Positions 1-9,335 of a DNA stretch of 64,000 nucleotides are shown piece by piece (the stretch's first letter is position 1; every line of letters begins with the position of its first letter). The DNA is from an uncultured Alphaproteobacteria bacterium. Lineage in GTDB: Bacteria; Pseudomonadota; Alphaproteobacteria; UBA7985. Made by a program: the position numbers and the translations under genes. The notes beneath the pieces are model-generated. The model was not told the DNA's origin. It saw only the letters and a program-made list of their open reading frames with translations, and searched no databases. Location: the NCBI GenBank assembly GCA_905479265.1, contig CAJQLX010000006.1, forward strand, positions 2,621 to 66,620, written 5' to 3'.

Positions 1-1173
1 CAGCAAGGTCTGCCCCTGCAAATCACGCTTTCCCGTGATGGCAGGCGGGCGATGGTCGGATTGAGCCTTGAGCACCAAGCTCGCAGCTTGATCTTCAACC
101 AAGGGCCGCTTTTCTTCGACGATCAGCACTTCGTCGCAACGCAGGGCAAAATCGGTGAAAGACTGAGGCTCCAGCGGCCAAACCTGAGCGACTTTGAACA
201 AGCCGATGCCCAGTTTTTCCAACTCGGCTTCATTCATGCCTAGCATCGCCAAAGCGTCACGGGCTTCGAGATGACCCTTGCCGACGCCAACGATACCCAG
301 CCGCATCCGCCCTGTTCGCGCGCCGTGGCTTTGGTGATTGATGCGGTTGGCGCGGGTGAAGGCTTGGAAAGCCGGCAGTTTGTGCGACCAGAGCCGTTCT
401 TCCTGCGCCTGCATGGAATCAGGATGGCGGATGGAAAGCCCATCGGGCGGCATGTCAAAGTCAGTAGGCGTGACGAATTGCAACGCGTCGCCGACCAAAG
501 ACACGGCACCAGAACTTTCGACCGTATCCGTCAAACACTTGAGACCCGCCCACGTGCCGGCATAGCGGCTCGCCGCATAGCCAAATAAGCCCAGCGGCAG
601 AAAGTCATGAATACTCGCAGGATTCAGAACGGGGATCCCCATCCCGATCAGCATAGGTTCAGACTGGTGCGCCGTCGTCGAGGACTTGGACGTGTGATCA
701 TCACCTAAGGCCATAAGCACGCCGCCATTGGGTGAGGTTCCAGCAAGGTTCCCGTGCTTGAAAGCATCACCTGAACGGTCCACGCCCGGCCCTTTGCCGT
801 ACCACATGGAGAAGACGCCGTCGTAGGGCGTTGGGTCGAAAATACCGACCTGCTGCGTGCCCCAGATGGAGGTGGCCGCGAGGTCTTCGTTCAACCCTTC
901 CTGAAATTTGATGTCGAGCGGTTCGAGGTGCTGTTTCGCGCGCCAGGCGGTCAAATCGACATTGCCCAAGGGGGAGCCTCGGTAACCGGTAACAAAGCCG
1001 CCGGTATGAAGTCCCGCGGCTCGGTCCCGTCGCGCTTGATCAATGGTGATACGCAGCAGTGCTTGCGTGCCGGTCATAAAGGCGACACCGGTCGACTGAC
1101 TGAATTTATCATCCAGCGTTACAGAAGACAGTCTTTCCGCCTGTATAGCGTCCAAAGGCGTTCCGTCTGGCAT
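1..1173 (-). CDS. Indolepyruvate/2-oxoacid:ferredoxin oxidoreductase family protein, N-terminal ~390 aa; gene continues past the left window edge (partial)
   Basis: Manual minus-strand translation from ATG at 1173 reads without stops to position 1 (MPDGTPLDAIQAERLSSVTLDDKFSQSTGVAFMTGTQALLRITIDQARRDRAAGLHTGGFVTGYRGSPLGNVD...). The LDDKF...TGTQAL...GF.SGYRGSPLG pattern is typical of the fused IOR family. RBS GAGGGAGAG upstream. Absent from the ORF track, apparently because it lacks a stop inside the window. Confidence 0.7.
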   Translation of the reverse strand, partial: MPDGTPLDAIQAERLSSVTLDDKFSQSTGVAFMTGTQALLRITIDQARRDRAAGLHTGGFVTGYRGSPLGNVDLTAWRAKQHLEPLDIKFQEGLNEDLAATSIWGTQQVGIFDPTPYDGVFSMWYGKGPGVDRSGDAFKHGNLAGTSPNGGVLMALGDDHTSKSSTTAHQSEPMLIGMGIPVLNPASIHDFLPLGLFGYAASRYAGTWAGLKCLTDTVESSGAVSLVGDALQFVTPTDFDMPPDGLSIRHPDSMQAQEERLWSHKLPAFQAFTRANRINHQSHGARTGRMRLGIVGVGKGHLEARDALAMLGMNEAELEKLGIGLFKVAQVWPLEPQSFTDFALRCDEVLIVEEKRPLVEDQAASLVLKAQSDHRPPAITGKRDLQGQTLL

Positions 1174-1244
1174 TGATCTCTCCCTCAAACAAACACCGCC
1201 TTTTGGCTGAAAAAGCGGGTTTTATGGGGGAAGAGTGCCTGATC

Positions 1245-2243
1245 TCAGAGGTTCAGTCTATAGGCTCGGGATGCCGCACCGGTTCGGATTTCAGATTGTT
1301 CATGATCGCTTAATTCGCCTAACCATTCATTCCAGATATCAACGACTTCTGAGTAAGATTTGAAAAGCTTATCGACAGGAAAATTACTGCCCAGCATCAC
1401 CCGAGACGGCCCAAAGGCGTCGACAATCGTCTGAAAAATGACGCGGCAATTCTGTGCGCTCCAGTTTGGATGATACATGCCCAAGCCTGATAGCTTGATC
1501 GATACATGGGGCAGTTTAGACAGCTTCCACACGGCATCGGCCCAATGGGACAATGCCGGTTCAGCGGCTGGAACCGCGCCGCGCTTGGCCGCGTCGAACA
1601 GGAAATAGGGACCGGCGCAGTGGTCGATGATGACGGGGATATCACTGTGTTTGGCGAACAGCGCGACGGCGTCATCGGCTTGATCGGGGTAAAGCTGCAA
1701 GTCGAAGGAAGCGTTATATTTCGCCAGCAGCGCAAAGTTTTGCTGCCACCCGCTTTCCTGCATTAACTCCATGGGCACAAAGCTCATCTCTGGCGCCGCT
1801 TGGGTGCGCGCGACGATATGCCGAATGCCGCGAAAGCCGGGAAGGGCGGCGTGCGCGGCCAGGGTTGCTTCCGCATCATCTCGGCGAAGATTGGCAAAGC
1901 CAACCCAAGCGTTTGGTACGCCCAGCCCCGGTTCTTTGGTGGCTTGTTCTGCAATCCACGCGCTCTCCGTCACCGGATCGGGCAAAGCCCCGTCTGCTTG
2001 CACATGAACCGACGCGATTGCGCCTTGTGCAGCGGCTTCTGTCCAAAACTCATCTTTGACGTAATCGCGTTGGATGGGCGTTGGGTCGCCAAACGGTTTC
2101 GGTTCCCCGATCTCCCGCAGCCATCCATATTTCAGCGTTTGCGGCTCCCACAAGTGGTGGTGGGCATCGATGAATTTTGGCTTGCTGGCGGTCATCTCGT
2201 TTTCATTCCTTCGTTTCAGCCTTGCAGACACGGGAGTTGTCAC
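1245..2243 (-). CDS. Amidohydrolase-2 (TIM-barrel metal-dependent hydrolase) family protein
   Basis: 332-aa ORF; N-terminal FIDAHHHLW motif typical of PF04909 amidohydrolases (LigI/ACMSD-like). An internal Met (MTASKPKF) may be the true start. Confidence 0.65.
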   Translation of the reverse strand: MTTPVSARLKRRNENEMTASKPKFIDAHHHLWEPQTLKYGWLREIGEPKPFGDPTPIQRDYVKDEFWTEAAAQGAIASVHVQADGALPDPVTESAWIAEQATKEPGLGVPNAWVGFANLRRDDAEATLAAHAALPGFRGIRHIVARTQAAPEMSFVPMELMQESGWQQNFALLAKYNASFDLQLYPDQADDAVALFAKHSDIPVIIDHCAGPYFLFDAAKRGAVPAAEPALSHWADAVWKLSKLPHVSIKLSGLGMYHPNWSAQNCRVIFQTIVDAFGPSRVMLGSNFPVDKLFKSYSEVVDIWNEWLGELSDHEQSEIRTGAASRAYRLNL

Positions 2244-2321
2244 GTGTCAAAGGCCTTTGTAGTGAGAAAAGTCAAGGCGAGACGGGCGTTTTACCATCGC
2301 TAGTCAACGATCCGCGAAGGG

Positions 2322-2960
2322 ATGTACTCCATGATACGCATTTACGGGGATTGCCTCTCAGGCAATTGTTATAAACTCAAGCTCGTCACCGAGCTTTTAG
2401 GCACCCCGCATTCGTGGAAATTTGTGACGTGGACCGACGGCGGTACGCGCTCGGAAGACTTCCTGAGCAAGGTGAACCCCGCCGGTAAAGTCCCCGTGCT
2501 GCAAACAAACAAGGGTGAAATGATCCCCGAAAGCGGCGCTGCGCTCTATTACCTCGCCCGTGACAGCCATCTCTGGCCTTCCGGCGAAACCGATCGTGCG
2601 CAAGTGCTTCGTTGGATGTTTTTTGAGCAGTATAGCCACGAGCCTTATCTCGCCGTGTCTCATTCCATCACCAAGGGCATTTACAAGATCGATGACCCGG
2701 CTTCTAAGCTGGCGGAATTGCGTCCTGACGGCGTTCGCGCGCTGGAGACGATGGAACGGCATTTGGCGAGCAATGATTGGTTCGTCGCGGGCGCGCCGAC
2801 CATCGCTGACATATCGCTCTATCCCTACACCCACACAGCACCCGCCGCTGGTTTCGATCTTGATGGCTACCCAAATGTCATGGCCTGGATTGGACGCGTG
2901 GAGCGTTTGTTGGGTTTTGTGTCCATAGAAGACGCTATCGCCCAAACCACACCAGCGTGA
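2322..2960 (+). CDS. Glutathione S-transferase family protein
   Basis: 212 aa; GST N-terminal thioredoxin-like fold signature (KVPVLQ...ESGAALYYLA) followed by a helical C-domain. Confidence 0.75.
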   Translation: MYSMIRIYGDCLSGNCYKLKLVTELLGTPHSWKFVTWTDGGTRSEDFLSKVNPAGKVPVLQTNKGEMIPESGAALYYLARDSHLWPSGETDRAQVLRWMFFEQYSHEPYLAVSHSITKGIYKIDDPASKLAELRPDGVRALETMERHLASNDWFVAGAPTIADISLYPYTHTAPAAGFDLDGYPNVMAWIGRVERLLGFVSIEDAIAQTTPA

Positions 2961-3006
2961 TAGAGCTTAGCGCCCCGATCGTTGATCATCTTGCCAAGAG
3001 GCTGAA

Positions 3007-3711
3007 ATGACCCCCCATATCGAAGCGGCTCCCGGCGATTACGCCGAAGATATTTTGTTGCCGGGTGATCCCGCGCGCGCAGAATGGATTGCTGAGACTT
3101 TCCTTGAAAACGTGAAAATCGTGAACCGGGTTCGGGGCGCGACAGGGCTTACAGGGATGTATAAAGGCCGACGAGTTTCCGTTCAGGCCACCGGTATGGG
3201 CATGCCGTCTGCTGCAATCTACATCAACGAATTGCTGATGGAATATGGCATCAAGCGGATGATCCGTGTGGGGACGTGCGGCGGTCTTAACGCCGACTAC
3301 AAAGTCCGTGACATTGTTTTGGCTCAGGCAGCTTCCACCAATTCGGCGCAAAACGCGGCGCTGTTCGGGCAATACCAGTTCGCCTCAATTGCTGATTTCG
3401 GTTTACTTCGCAAAGCGGCGGACGAGGCCGAGAAAGCCGGGCTGCGGACGGTGGTCGGGGGCATCGTGACCGATGATAACTTCTATGACCCTCTTGGCGG
3501 TGCCCCTTATGAAGTCCTGAAGAAGCACGGGACGGTCGCCGTTGAAATGGAAACAGCAGCGCTCTACACCATCGCTGCGCGCTACGGGGCGAAGGCACTG
3601 ACGGTGGCAACGATTTCGGACTGCCTGATCACGCACGAGCAGCTTTCATCCGATGCGCGGCAGGAAAGCCTCGTTGAAATGGTGACGCTGGCTTTGGACA
3701 CTTTGGGATAA
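3007..3711 (+). CDS. deoD: Purine nucleoside phosphorylase, DeoD type
   Basis: 234 aa; near-collinear with E. coli DeoD (TPHI...GDYA..VLLPGDP.RA..IAETFLE....VN.VRG..G.TG.YKGR..SV...GMGMPS..IY..EL....G....IRVG.CG). Confidence 0.85.
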   Translation: MTPHIEAAPGDYAEDILLPGDPARAEWIAETFLENVKIVNRVRGATGLTGMYKGRRVSVQATGMGMPSAAIYINELLMEYGIKRMIRVGTCGGLNADYKVRDIVLAQAASTNSAQNAALFGQYQFASIADFGLLRKAADEAEKAGLRTVVGGIVTDDNFYDPLGGAPYEVLKKHGTVAVEMETAALYTIAARYGAKALTVATISDCLITHEQLSSDARQESLVEMVTLALDTLG

Positions 3712-3740
3712 GCCAACCCCTTGCGATGACGGCATAAACA

Positions 3741-3780
3741 AAAGGCCCATGAGCGTGTTGCGCTCATGGGCCCTTCTTTT
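3741..3780. terminator. Bidirectional rho-independent terminator between convergent deoD and the acylase gene
   Basis: Perfect hairpin GGCCCATGAGCG-tgtt-GCGCTCATGGGCC flanked by A-run (5') and T-run (3'). Confidence 0.6.
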
Positions 3781-3785
3781 CAGGG

Positions 3786-6284
3786 CTACTCTGGCTTCAG
3801 CAGCAACTTTCCCGTTCGGCTGATCTCTGCGTCCCGTCTCATTGACGAAAAGCGGAAATATTCGCCCTTGGACCACGGCTCGATAAAGCTGTCATGCAGC
3901 CCGGAGAGCGGGTTTCCGCTTTGGCCGTTTGCCGTCATGAACAGGCTGTTATCCAAATCGCCCAAGTCGAAGACGTGGCGCAGCGATGCACCGGAGCCCA
4001 TCGATAGCATCTCGTCATCATCACTGAATGAGCCACCACCGACGTTAACCGTAAATGGGCCGCCGGGTGCTTCGATATCATTTTGGAAGAACGCGCGAAC
4101 AATGCCGCCAACGCTTTCAAATTGGTGGGACATGGTGGCGGTGTGGACGTCGCCCCAGCGCCAGTCCTCATAGTTCGTGCCAAGCCGTTTGGTCAGCCGT
4201 TTTGTGGCTTCATTAAAGGCCTGCGTAACGATGGCTTTGCATGCATCGCGCCCCTTTGGCTCTGGATCAGCAACAGCATCCCCGCACCAGCGTGTTGACC
4301 GGCCATCCAACAGGGCTCTGAGCAATTCTGGCTTTGTGTCCCACGTGCTCACCGCGGCCGAGTCCTTAGGTCCAAGCTTGAGCTGGTCCCATTCATCCCG
4401 GTAAAGACCCTTGTTGATCTCCCGTATCCAGGTCAGGAACATCGTCATTTCCCAACCATCAACATGGGTATCAAAGCCGTCCCACAGATCCAGCTCCGTG
4501 AGAATTTGCGCGTCAACAGCCGTCTCGTCGGTTGCGTCGATCAGGCGGGGCAAAATGTCTTCGGCAAACGTGCTTTTGGTATCGGTTTGGATGGCAGCAT
4601 TGGTCGCGAGCGTGTGTTGGTTGGTCTGGCCCAGCAGCGACCAAATCCGGTTTCCACGGTAGGGTGCGCTCCACTCCGACGTGATGAAGTGCCGATAATC
4701 AGGTAGGTTGGTTTCGAGCACGTTTTCGTTTGCCGTCACCACCATGCCAGAGGCGGGGTTGTGCACCTGCGGCAATTCCTCGAACGGAAGGTAGCCTTGC
4801 CAGTCGTAAGCGGCATCCCAACCCAAGCCGGGAACAAACCCGCGCGTCAGGTTGCCTTCACCGCGCACCGGGATGCGCCCCGGGGCGATATAGCCGATAT
4901 TCCCATCAACATCAGCATAAACCATGTTTTGCTGCGGCGAGACGAAATCTGCTGTTGCGTCGAGGAATTCTTGGGCCGACTGCGCACGGTTCAGGGCACT
5001 TGCCGCGTTCGCCGTGGTGTCTGTGTCGTCGAGCGCGGTCCAGCGGACGGAGAGCACGTACTCATCACCCAAATAGCGACGGACCGAGCTCAGCACGTCC
5101 GACATCACCGGACCATGGCGGGTTTCTCGAACCTTGATCCGAACATTGTCGCCGCCCTTGACCGCAATCTCTTCGATGCGGGTATTAAAGGTCTCAATAC
5201 CGGCGGGCGTAACGTAGGATCGCGGCTCATCCGGTGCGATCTTTTCGACATAGTAGTCTTTGGTGTCGGGCGCCGTGTTGGTGAAGCCCCAAGCCACCTT
5301 ATCCGTTCGGCCCAGCACCACGAAGGGAACCCCGGGGAAGGTTGCGCCCATGACGTTCAACCCTTCGTCAGAGACCAAGTGTGCGTAATACCAAACCTGC
5401 GGTGTTTTCAGACCCAAGTGTGGGTCGTTGGCCAGGATTGGCTTGCCGCTGGCGGTGTGCTCGCCCGATAGAACCCAATTGTTGGAGCCGATGCCCTCGA
5501 ACAGCATCCCAGCAGGCTGGAGGCGGTTCAGCTCTTCGCTTGGCAGTTCGATGGCGGCTTGCTCGAAAGACAGCCCCTTATTTGGTTCCATGCCGTAGAA
5601 TTCTGGAATGTCGGGAATATCCAAGGGTTCCGCGCCGGGGTAGGGGGGCCAGAATTCCATCATGGTCTCGTGGTCGACGATCTGAGAGATGGCAAAGCGG
5701 TCCAACTCGCGCCAGCCGGAAGACCCGCCAAGATCATAGGACATCATCTTCAACCAACCTAAACTATCAAGGACAGTCCAAGGTTCGAGTTCGTCAGGTG
5801 ACCGCAGCAGGAATTCCGGGGGCAAAGAGCCGCGCCGATTGGCCATGAAGGAATTGACGCCCAGTGCATAGGCCTCCAACTCCTGCAAAGTCCGATCATT
5901 CAAGGACGACAACCCCGCTTCCGCAGCCTTAGCGAACCCCATCGTTCTGAGGAATTTGTCGGAAGACAGCGTTTGATCCCCGAACACTTCAGAAAGCCTG
6001 CCGGCGGCGGTTCGGCGGTTGATTTCCATTTGCCACAGTCGGTCCTGCGCATGAACAACGCCCAGCGCAAAGAACGCATCGGCGTCGGTCTTGGCGTAAA
6101 TATGGGGGATGCCGTGCTGGTCACGCAAAACCTCAACGTCGGCGCTTAAGCCCGCTAAAGTCATGGTTCCATTGGTCTGCGGCAGGCTGGTTCGCAACCA
6201 CAGAAACAGGGCTCCGGCGGCCAAAACGCTAACGAAGGCAATCAGAAAGAAAAAACGGAAGATCCAGCGAATGGTCTTCACCAT
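3786..6284 (-). CDS. Penicillin acylase family Ntn-hydrolase (penicillin amidase / AHL-acylase-like), N-terminal signal/TM
   Basis: 832 aa; hydrophobic N-terminus followed by a long region typical of the penicillin amidase family (HGIPHIYA..D..FA.G..HAQDRLWQM...RR...G.LSE). Confidence 0.8.
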   Translation of the reverse strand: MVKTIRWIFRFFFLIAFVSVLAAGALFLWLRTSLPQTNGTMTLAGLSADVEVLRDQHGIPHIYAKTDADAFFALGVVHAQDRLWQMEINRRTAAGRLSEVFGDQTLSSDKFLRTMGFAKAAEAGLSSLNDRTLQELEAYALGVNSFMANRRGSLPPEFLLRSPDELEPWTVLDSLGWLKMMSYDLGGSSGWRELDRFAISQIVDHETMMEFWPPYPGAEPLDIPDIPEFYGMEPNKGLSFEQAAIELPSEELNRLQPAGMLFEGIGSNNWVLSGEHTASGKPILANDPHLGLKTPQVWYYAHLVSDEGLNVMGATFPGVPFVVLGRTDKVAWGFTNTAPDTKDYYVEKIAPDEPRSYVTPAGIETFNTRIEEIAVKGGDNVRIKVRETRHGPVMSDVLSSVRRYLGDEYVLSVRWTALDDTDTTANAASALNRAQSAQEFLDATADFVSPQQNMVYADVDGNIGYIAPGRIPVRGEGNLTRGFVPGLGWDAAYDWQGYLPFEELPQVHNPASGMVVTANENVLETNLPDYRHFITSEWSAPYRGNRIWSLLGQTNQHTLATNAAIQTDTKSTFAEDILPRLIDATDETAVDAQILTELDLWDGFDTHVDGWEMTMFLTWIREINKGLYRDEWDQLKLGPKDSAAVSTWDTKPELLRALLDGRSTRWCGDAVADPEPKGRDACKAIVTQAFNEATKRLTKRLGTNYEDWRWGDVHTATMSHQFESVGGIVRAFFQNDIEAPGGPFTVNVGGGSFSDDDEMLSMGSGASLRHVFDLGDLDNSLFMTANGQSGNPLSGLHDSFIEPWSKGEYFRFSSMRRDAEISRTGKLLLKPE

Positions 6285-6347
6285 GGAGGAGGTCCACTTC
6301 AGGTTAAGTCAGTTTTAGGGTGGCCGCCCGTCAGGCCGGGTAAAAAG

Positions 6348-6992
6348 TCACAGCTCAGGCCGATCCAAATCCACAAAGCCCCTGTTGGATTTTGAATAGG
6401 CATAGAAGCGCCAGGGCCCACGAGGGTCGTCGCGCTCAAAACGAATTGGACGTGCATTCGCAAACACGTTTTGGGTCAGGTATTCCGGTTTCCCCATCAG
6501 GTCCAAAAGCGCTCGGAGCACGCCGCCGTGGGCAACCACGAGGGTGTTTTCCGACTGCACTTTGGTTTCGGTGGCAACCTTCACACGGGTATAGAAGTCG
6601 TCGATGGTTTCTACCCCCTGTGGGGGGCTGTACCAAAATTTCATGAATTCCTTTGCGCGCGTCGTTGGGTCTTGGCTCATGCTTTGCGGAACCGGCGTGC
6701 CTTCCAATTCATCAAAATTTCGCTCTACAAAGCCATCGTGAAACGTCGGCTCAAACCCAAAATGCTCTGCCGTCGGCGCTAGGGTTTGGCGCACGCGGGT
6801 CATCGGGCTGGCGACAATCCCACTCAGCGGTTCACCCGCAAAAATCTCAGCGGCTTCCCGGGCTTGCTGTAATCCATTTTCATTGAGAGGAACGTCAAGC
6901 GAGCCCTGAAACACACCTTTGGCATTAGACGGTGTCTGGCCGTGACGCAGGAAGTAAAACCGGTGCACCGGCAAATCTAATTTTGTTGTCAT
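6348..6992 (-). CDS. Histidine phosphatase (phosphoglycerate mutase) family protein
   Basis: 214 aa; RHGQT catalytic motif at the N-terminus (FYFLRHGQTPSN) and a later AHGGVLRAL motif. Confidence 0.75.
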   Translation of the reverse strand: MTTKLDLPVHRFYFLRHGQTPSNAKGVFQGSLDVPLNENGLQQAREAAEIFAGEPLSGIVASPMTRVRQTLAPTAEHFGFEPTFHDGFVERNFDELEGTPVPQSMSQDPTTRAKEFMKFWYSPPQGVETIDDFYTRVKVATETKVQSENTLVVAHGGVLRALLDLMGKPEYLTQNVFANARPIRFERDDPRGPWRFYAYSKSNRGFVDLDRPEL

Positions 6993-7079
6993 GGCTATAT
7001 TTTAGCCTGCCTTGCTGCGAGGTAAACCGGTCATTTGTTTGCGGTGGGTTCTAGCGGGTCATTGAGGGGTCTGTTTGCG

Positions 7080-7730
7080 TCACCAGCGCTTGTGCTGCCG
7101 GTCATAGTCGTTTGTGAGAATATAAAGGTCTTCGCGCAAATCCAGATCTCGATTCAGCAGCGCCTTCCCACCAAAAAAGCCTTCTCGCAAGTCCGGGTGT
7201 GGGGACTTCAGGATTTCCTTGGGCTCGGTGCCACTGTATTCGGCAATCAGCGAAAGGGCATAGCCCAGTTCAACAGTTGTTAGCAGTTCAGGGGCGCCCA
7301 GTGGCCGGACTGGTTCTGCTGCATTGGGCGTAAAGAGGCAGCCCAGACCCACAATCAAAGCCAGCATTTGCGGTGCCTTGGCTGTGCCAGCCCACCAGAC
7401 AGGTGGCCGGTGGTCAGCCAGCACCATCAGTCGTGCACCAACCCGCAAACCAGCATTCAGCGGTGTCTGAGGCTCGGCCGGACCAAGTGTGTCAGCCAGT
7501 CCAAGGCGGCTCCAAATTGTTTCGGCGAAGGGAATGTGGCGGTAAGCGAGCAGGTCTTGGACAGTACAAAGCCGGCGTTGCCGTTCTTCGACCCAGCGTC
7601 CGATGGGTGAGGGTGAAACGTTACTCAAGCAGTTCAAACCCCACAGAAGCCCATCTTCAATGCATTCCATCTCCCGCGACGACAGCCGAAGCGCTTTGCG
7701 GCGAGGCATGATGAGACCTAGGAAATTCAA
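7080..7730 (-). CDS. Hypothetical protein (conserved-looking, no recognised domain)
   Basis: 216-aa ORF with genome-typical codon usage and an AT-rich promoter-like region upstream. The likely true start is the internal Met (MPRRKALRLSS). Confidence 0.45.
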   Translation of the reverse strand: MNFLGLIMPRRKALRLSSREMECIEDGLLWGLNCLSNVSPSPIGRWVEERQRRLCTVQDLLAYRHIPFAETIWSRLGLADTLGPAEPQTPLNAGLRVGARLMVLADHRPPVWWAGTAKAPQMLALIVGLGCLFTPNAAEPVRPLGAPELLTTVELGYALSLIAEYSGTEPKEILKSPHPDLREGFFGGKALLNRDLDLREDLYILTNDYDRQHKRW

Positions 7731-7831
7731 ACGATTAGCTCCTTATCTGTCTTAAGCTAAATCCTAAAATTTTGCACAAATGTCAATTAGATAAGGTTTG
7801 ATTTATTTTCACAAAACCACATTTGTAGGGG

Positions 7832-8752
7832 ATGACAGGCCTGCCGCTGGTATTTTCACAACGCTATCAAGCATCGATTTCAAGCCGTCACCGGTTTCCA
7901 ATGGGAAAGTACGGTGCGGTGCATCGCGCCGTCCAAGCCCGCGATTGGTCCACCGAAGTCGAGTTCCACAACGCCTCGCCAGCCCGTCAATGTCAGGCAG
8001 AGCAGGCGCATGATCCGCACTATGTTGAGCGTCTGATGACAGGCGCGCTAACGGCCCAAGAGGTGCGGGACATCGGTTTGCCTCAAAATCCGAGTGTTGC
8101 TGCTCGTGCCTTTGCGTCTGCGGGTGGAACCTTGCTGGCCTGTGAGCTGGCATTAAAACGCGGTTTGGCCGCGTCTATGGCGGGGGGGTCGCACCACGCC
8201 AACCGTCAGGGCGGAAGGGGGTTTTGCGTCATGAATGACGTGGGCGTTGCCTTGTCTGCGCTGCTGCTGGAACCGCAAGGGATCCAGCATGCGCTGGTTG
8301 TTGATTTGGACGTTCATCAGGGCGATGGGACAGCCGAGATTTTTGCGGGAGACCAGCGTGTTTTCACAGCAAGTTTGCATTGCGAGGACAACTACCCGTT
8401 CACCAAAGCCGTCTCAGACCTCGATCATGGGCTGGCAAAAGGCACCGGAGACAGTGGGTATTTGCAAGCCCTCGACGCGTTGCTGCATCGCTTGGATTCA
8501 ACAGCGATCCACAGCGACCTGATTGTCTACAACGCGGGGGTAGATCCGCACGAAGACGACCGCTTAGGGCGCCTAAACCTGACCGATGCAGGACTGGCTG
8601 CACGAGATGAAATGGTGTTCGAGTGGGCGCGGGCGCACAGAAAGCCCCTTTGCCTCGTCCTGGGCGGAGGCTACGATCGAGATATTGAAGTCATTGCCGA
8701 GCGTCATGCCAAGGTATTTGACCGCCTGCATGCCGCTTTTCAACACCGCTAG
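7832..8752 (+). CDS. Histone deacetylase / acetoin-utilisation (AcuC/AphA) family protein
   Basis: 306 aa; GGSHHA, GFCVMND and VVDLDVHQGDGT motifs diagnostic of the arginase/deacetylase (HDAC) fold. Confidence 0.8.
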   Translation: MTGLPLVFSQRYQASISSRHRFPMGKYGAVHRAVQARDWSTEVEFHNASPARQCQAEQAHDPHYVERLMTGALTAQEVRDIGLPQNPSVAARAFASAGGTLLACELALKRGLAASMAGGSHHANRQGGRGFCVMNDVGVALSALLLEPQGIQHALVVDLDVHQGDGTAEIFAGDQRVFTASLHCEDNYPFTKAVSDLDHGLAKGTGDSGYLQALDALLHRLDSTAIHSDLIVYNAGVDPHEDDRLGRLNLTDAGLAARDEMVFEWARAHRKPLCLVLGGGYDRDIEVIAERHAKVFDRLHAAFQHR

Positions 8753-8762
8753 AGAGACACCG

Positions 8763-9296
8763 ATGCCCCGTATTTTTGAACTTGATGGAATTCGCCCAGA
8801 AATCCACCCTGACGCTTACATCGCGCCCGGCGCCGTCCTCATCGGTAACATACGTGTCGCCAAGGGGGCGTCGATCTGGTTCAACGCGGTGCTTCGCGGG
8901 GACAATGAGTATATCGATATCCGAGAGGACTCCAGCATTCAGGATGGCGCGGTTCTGCACACCGATGCAGGGTTTCCGCTGATTGTTGAAGAAGGCGTCA
9001 CGGTTGGGCACAATGTGATCCTGCACGGTTGTCATCTCAAGAAAGGCTGCTTGATCGGCATGGGGGCTTCTGTGCTTAACGGCGCTGTCATCGGTGAAAA
9101 TAGCCTCGTTGGAGCCAATGCCTTGGTGCCCGAGGGTAAAATCTATGAACCGGGAAAGCTGATCGTTGGCGCGCCCGCGCGTGTGATTAAGGATCTGGAC
9201 GAAAACGCACGAGCACGCATGGATGGCGGTGCGCAGTTTTATGTCGAGAACAGCGCTCGGTTCGCGAAAACTTTAAAGCCGGTCTCACGGGATTAA
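8763..9296 (+). CDS. Gamma-carbonic anhydrase family (hexapeptide-repeat, YrdA/PaaY-like) protein
   Basis: The internal ATG at 8763 gives MPRIFELDGIRPEIHPDAYIAPGAVLIGNIRV...HGC; left-handed beta-helix hexapeptide repeats and His ligands. The longer ORF-track start at 8586 overlaps the upstream gene. Confidence 0.8.
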   Translation: MPRIFELDGIRPEIHPDAYIAPGAVLIGNIRVAKGASIWFNAVLRGDNEYIDIREDSSIQDGAVLHTDAGFPLIVEEGVTVGHNVILHGCHLKKGCLIGMGASVLNGAVIGENSLVGANALVPEGKIYEPGKLIVGAPARVIKDLDENARARMDGGAQFYVENSARFAKTLKPVSRD

Positions 9297-9335
9297 ACCG
9301 TTCCGCGCTAGCATATATAAAACGAAGGAAGATGA

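Noticed and set aside
4761-5471. 236-aa plus-strand ORF inside the penicillin-acylase gene, with other internal ORFs (4730-5137, 5381-5848)
   Set aside because: Fully overlapped by a well-supported 832-aa minus-strand gene; low-complexity Arg/Gly/Pro-rich translations typical of the wrong frame.
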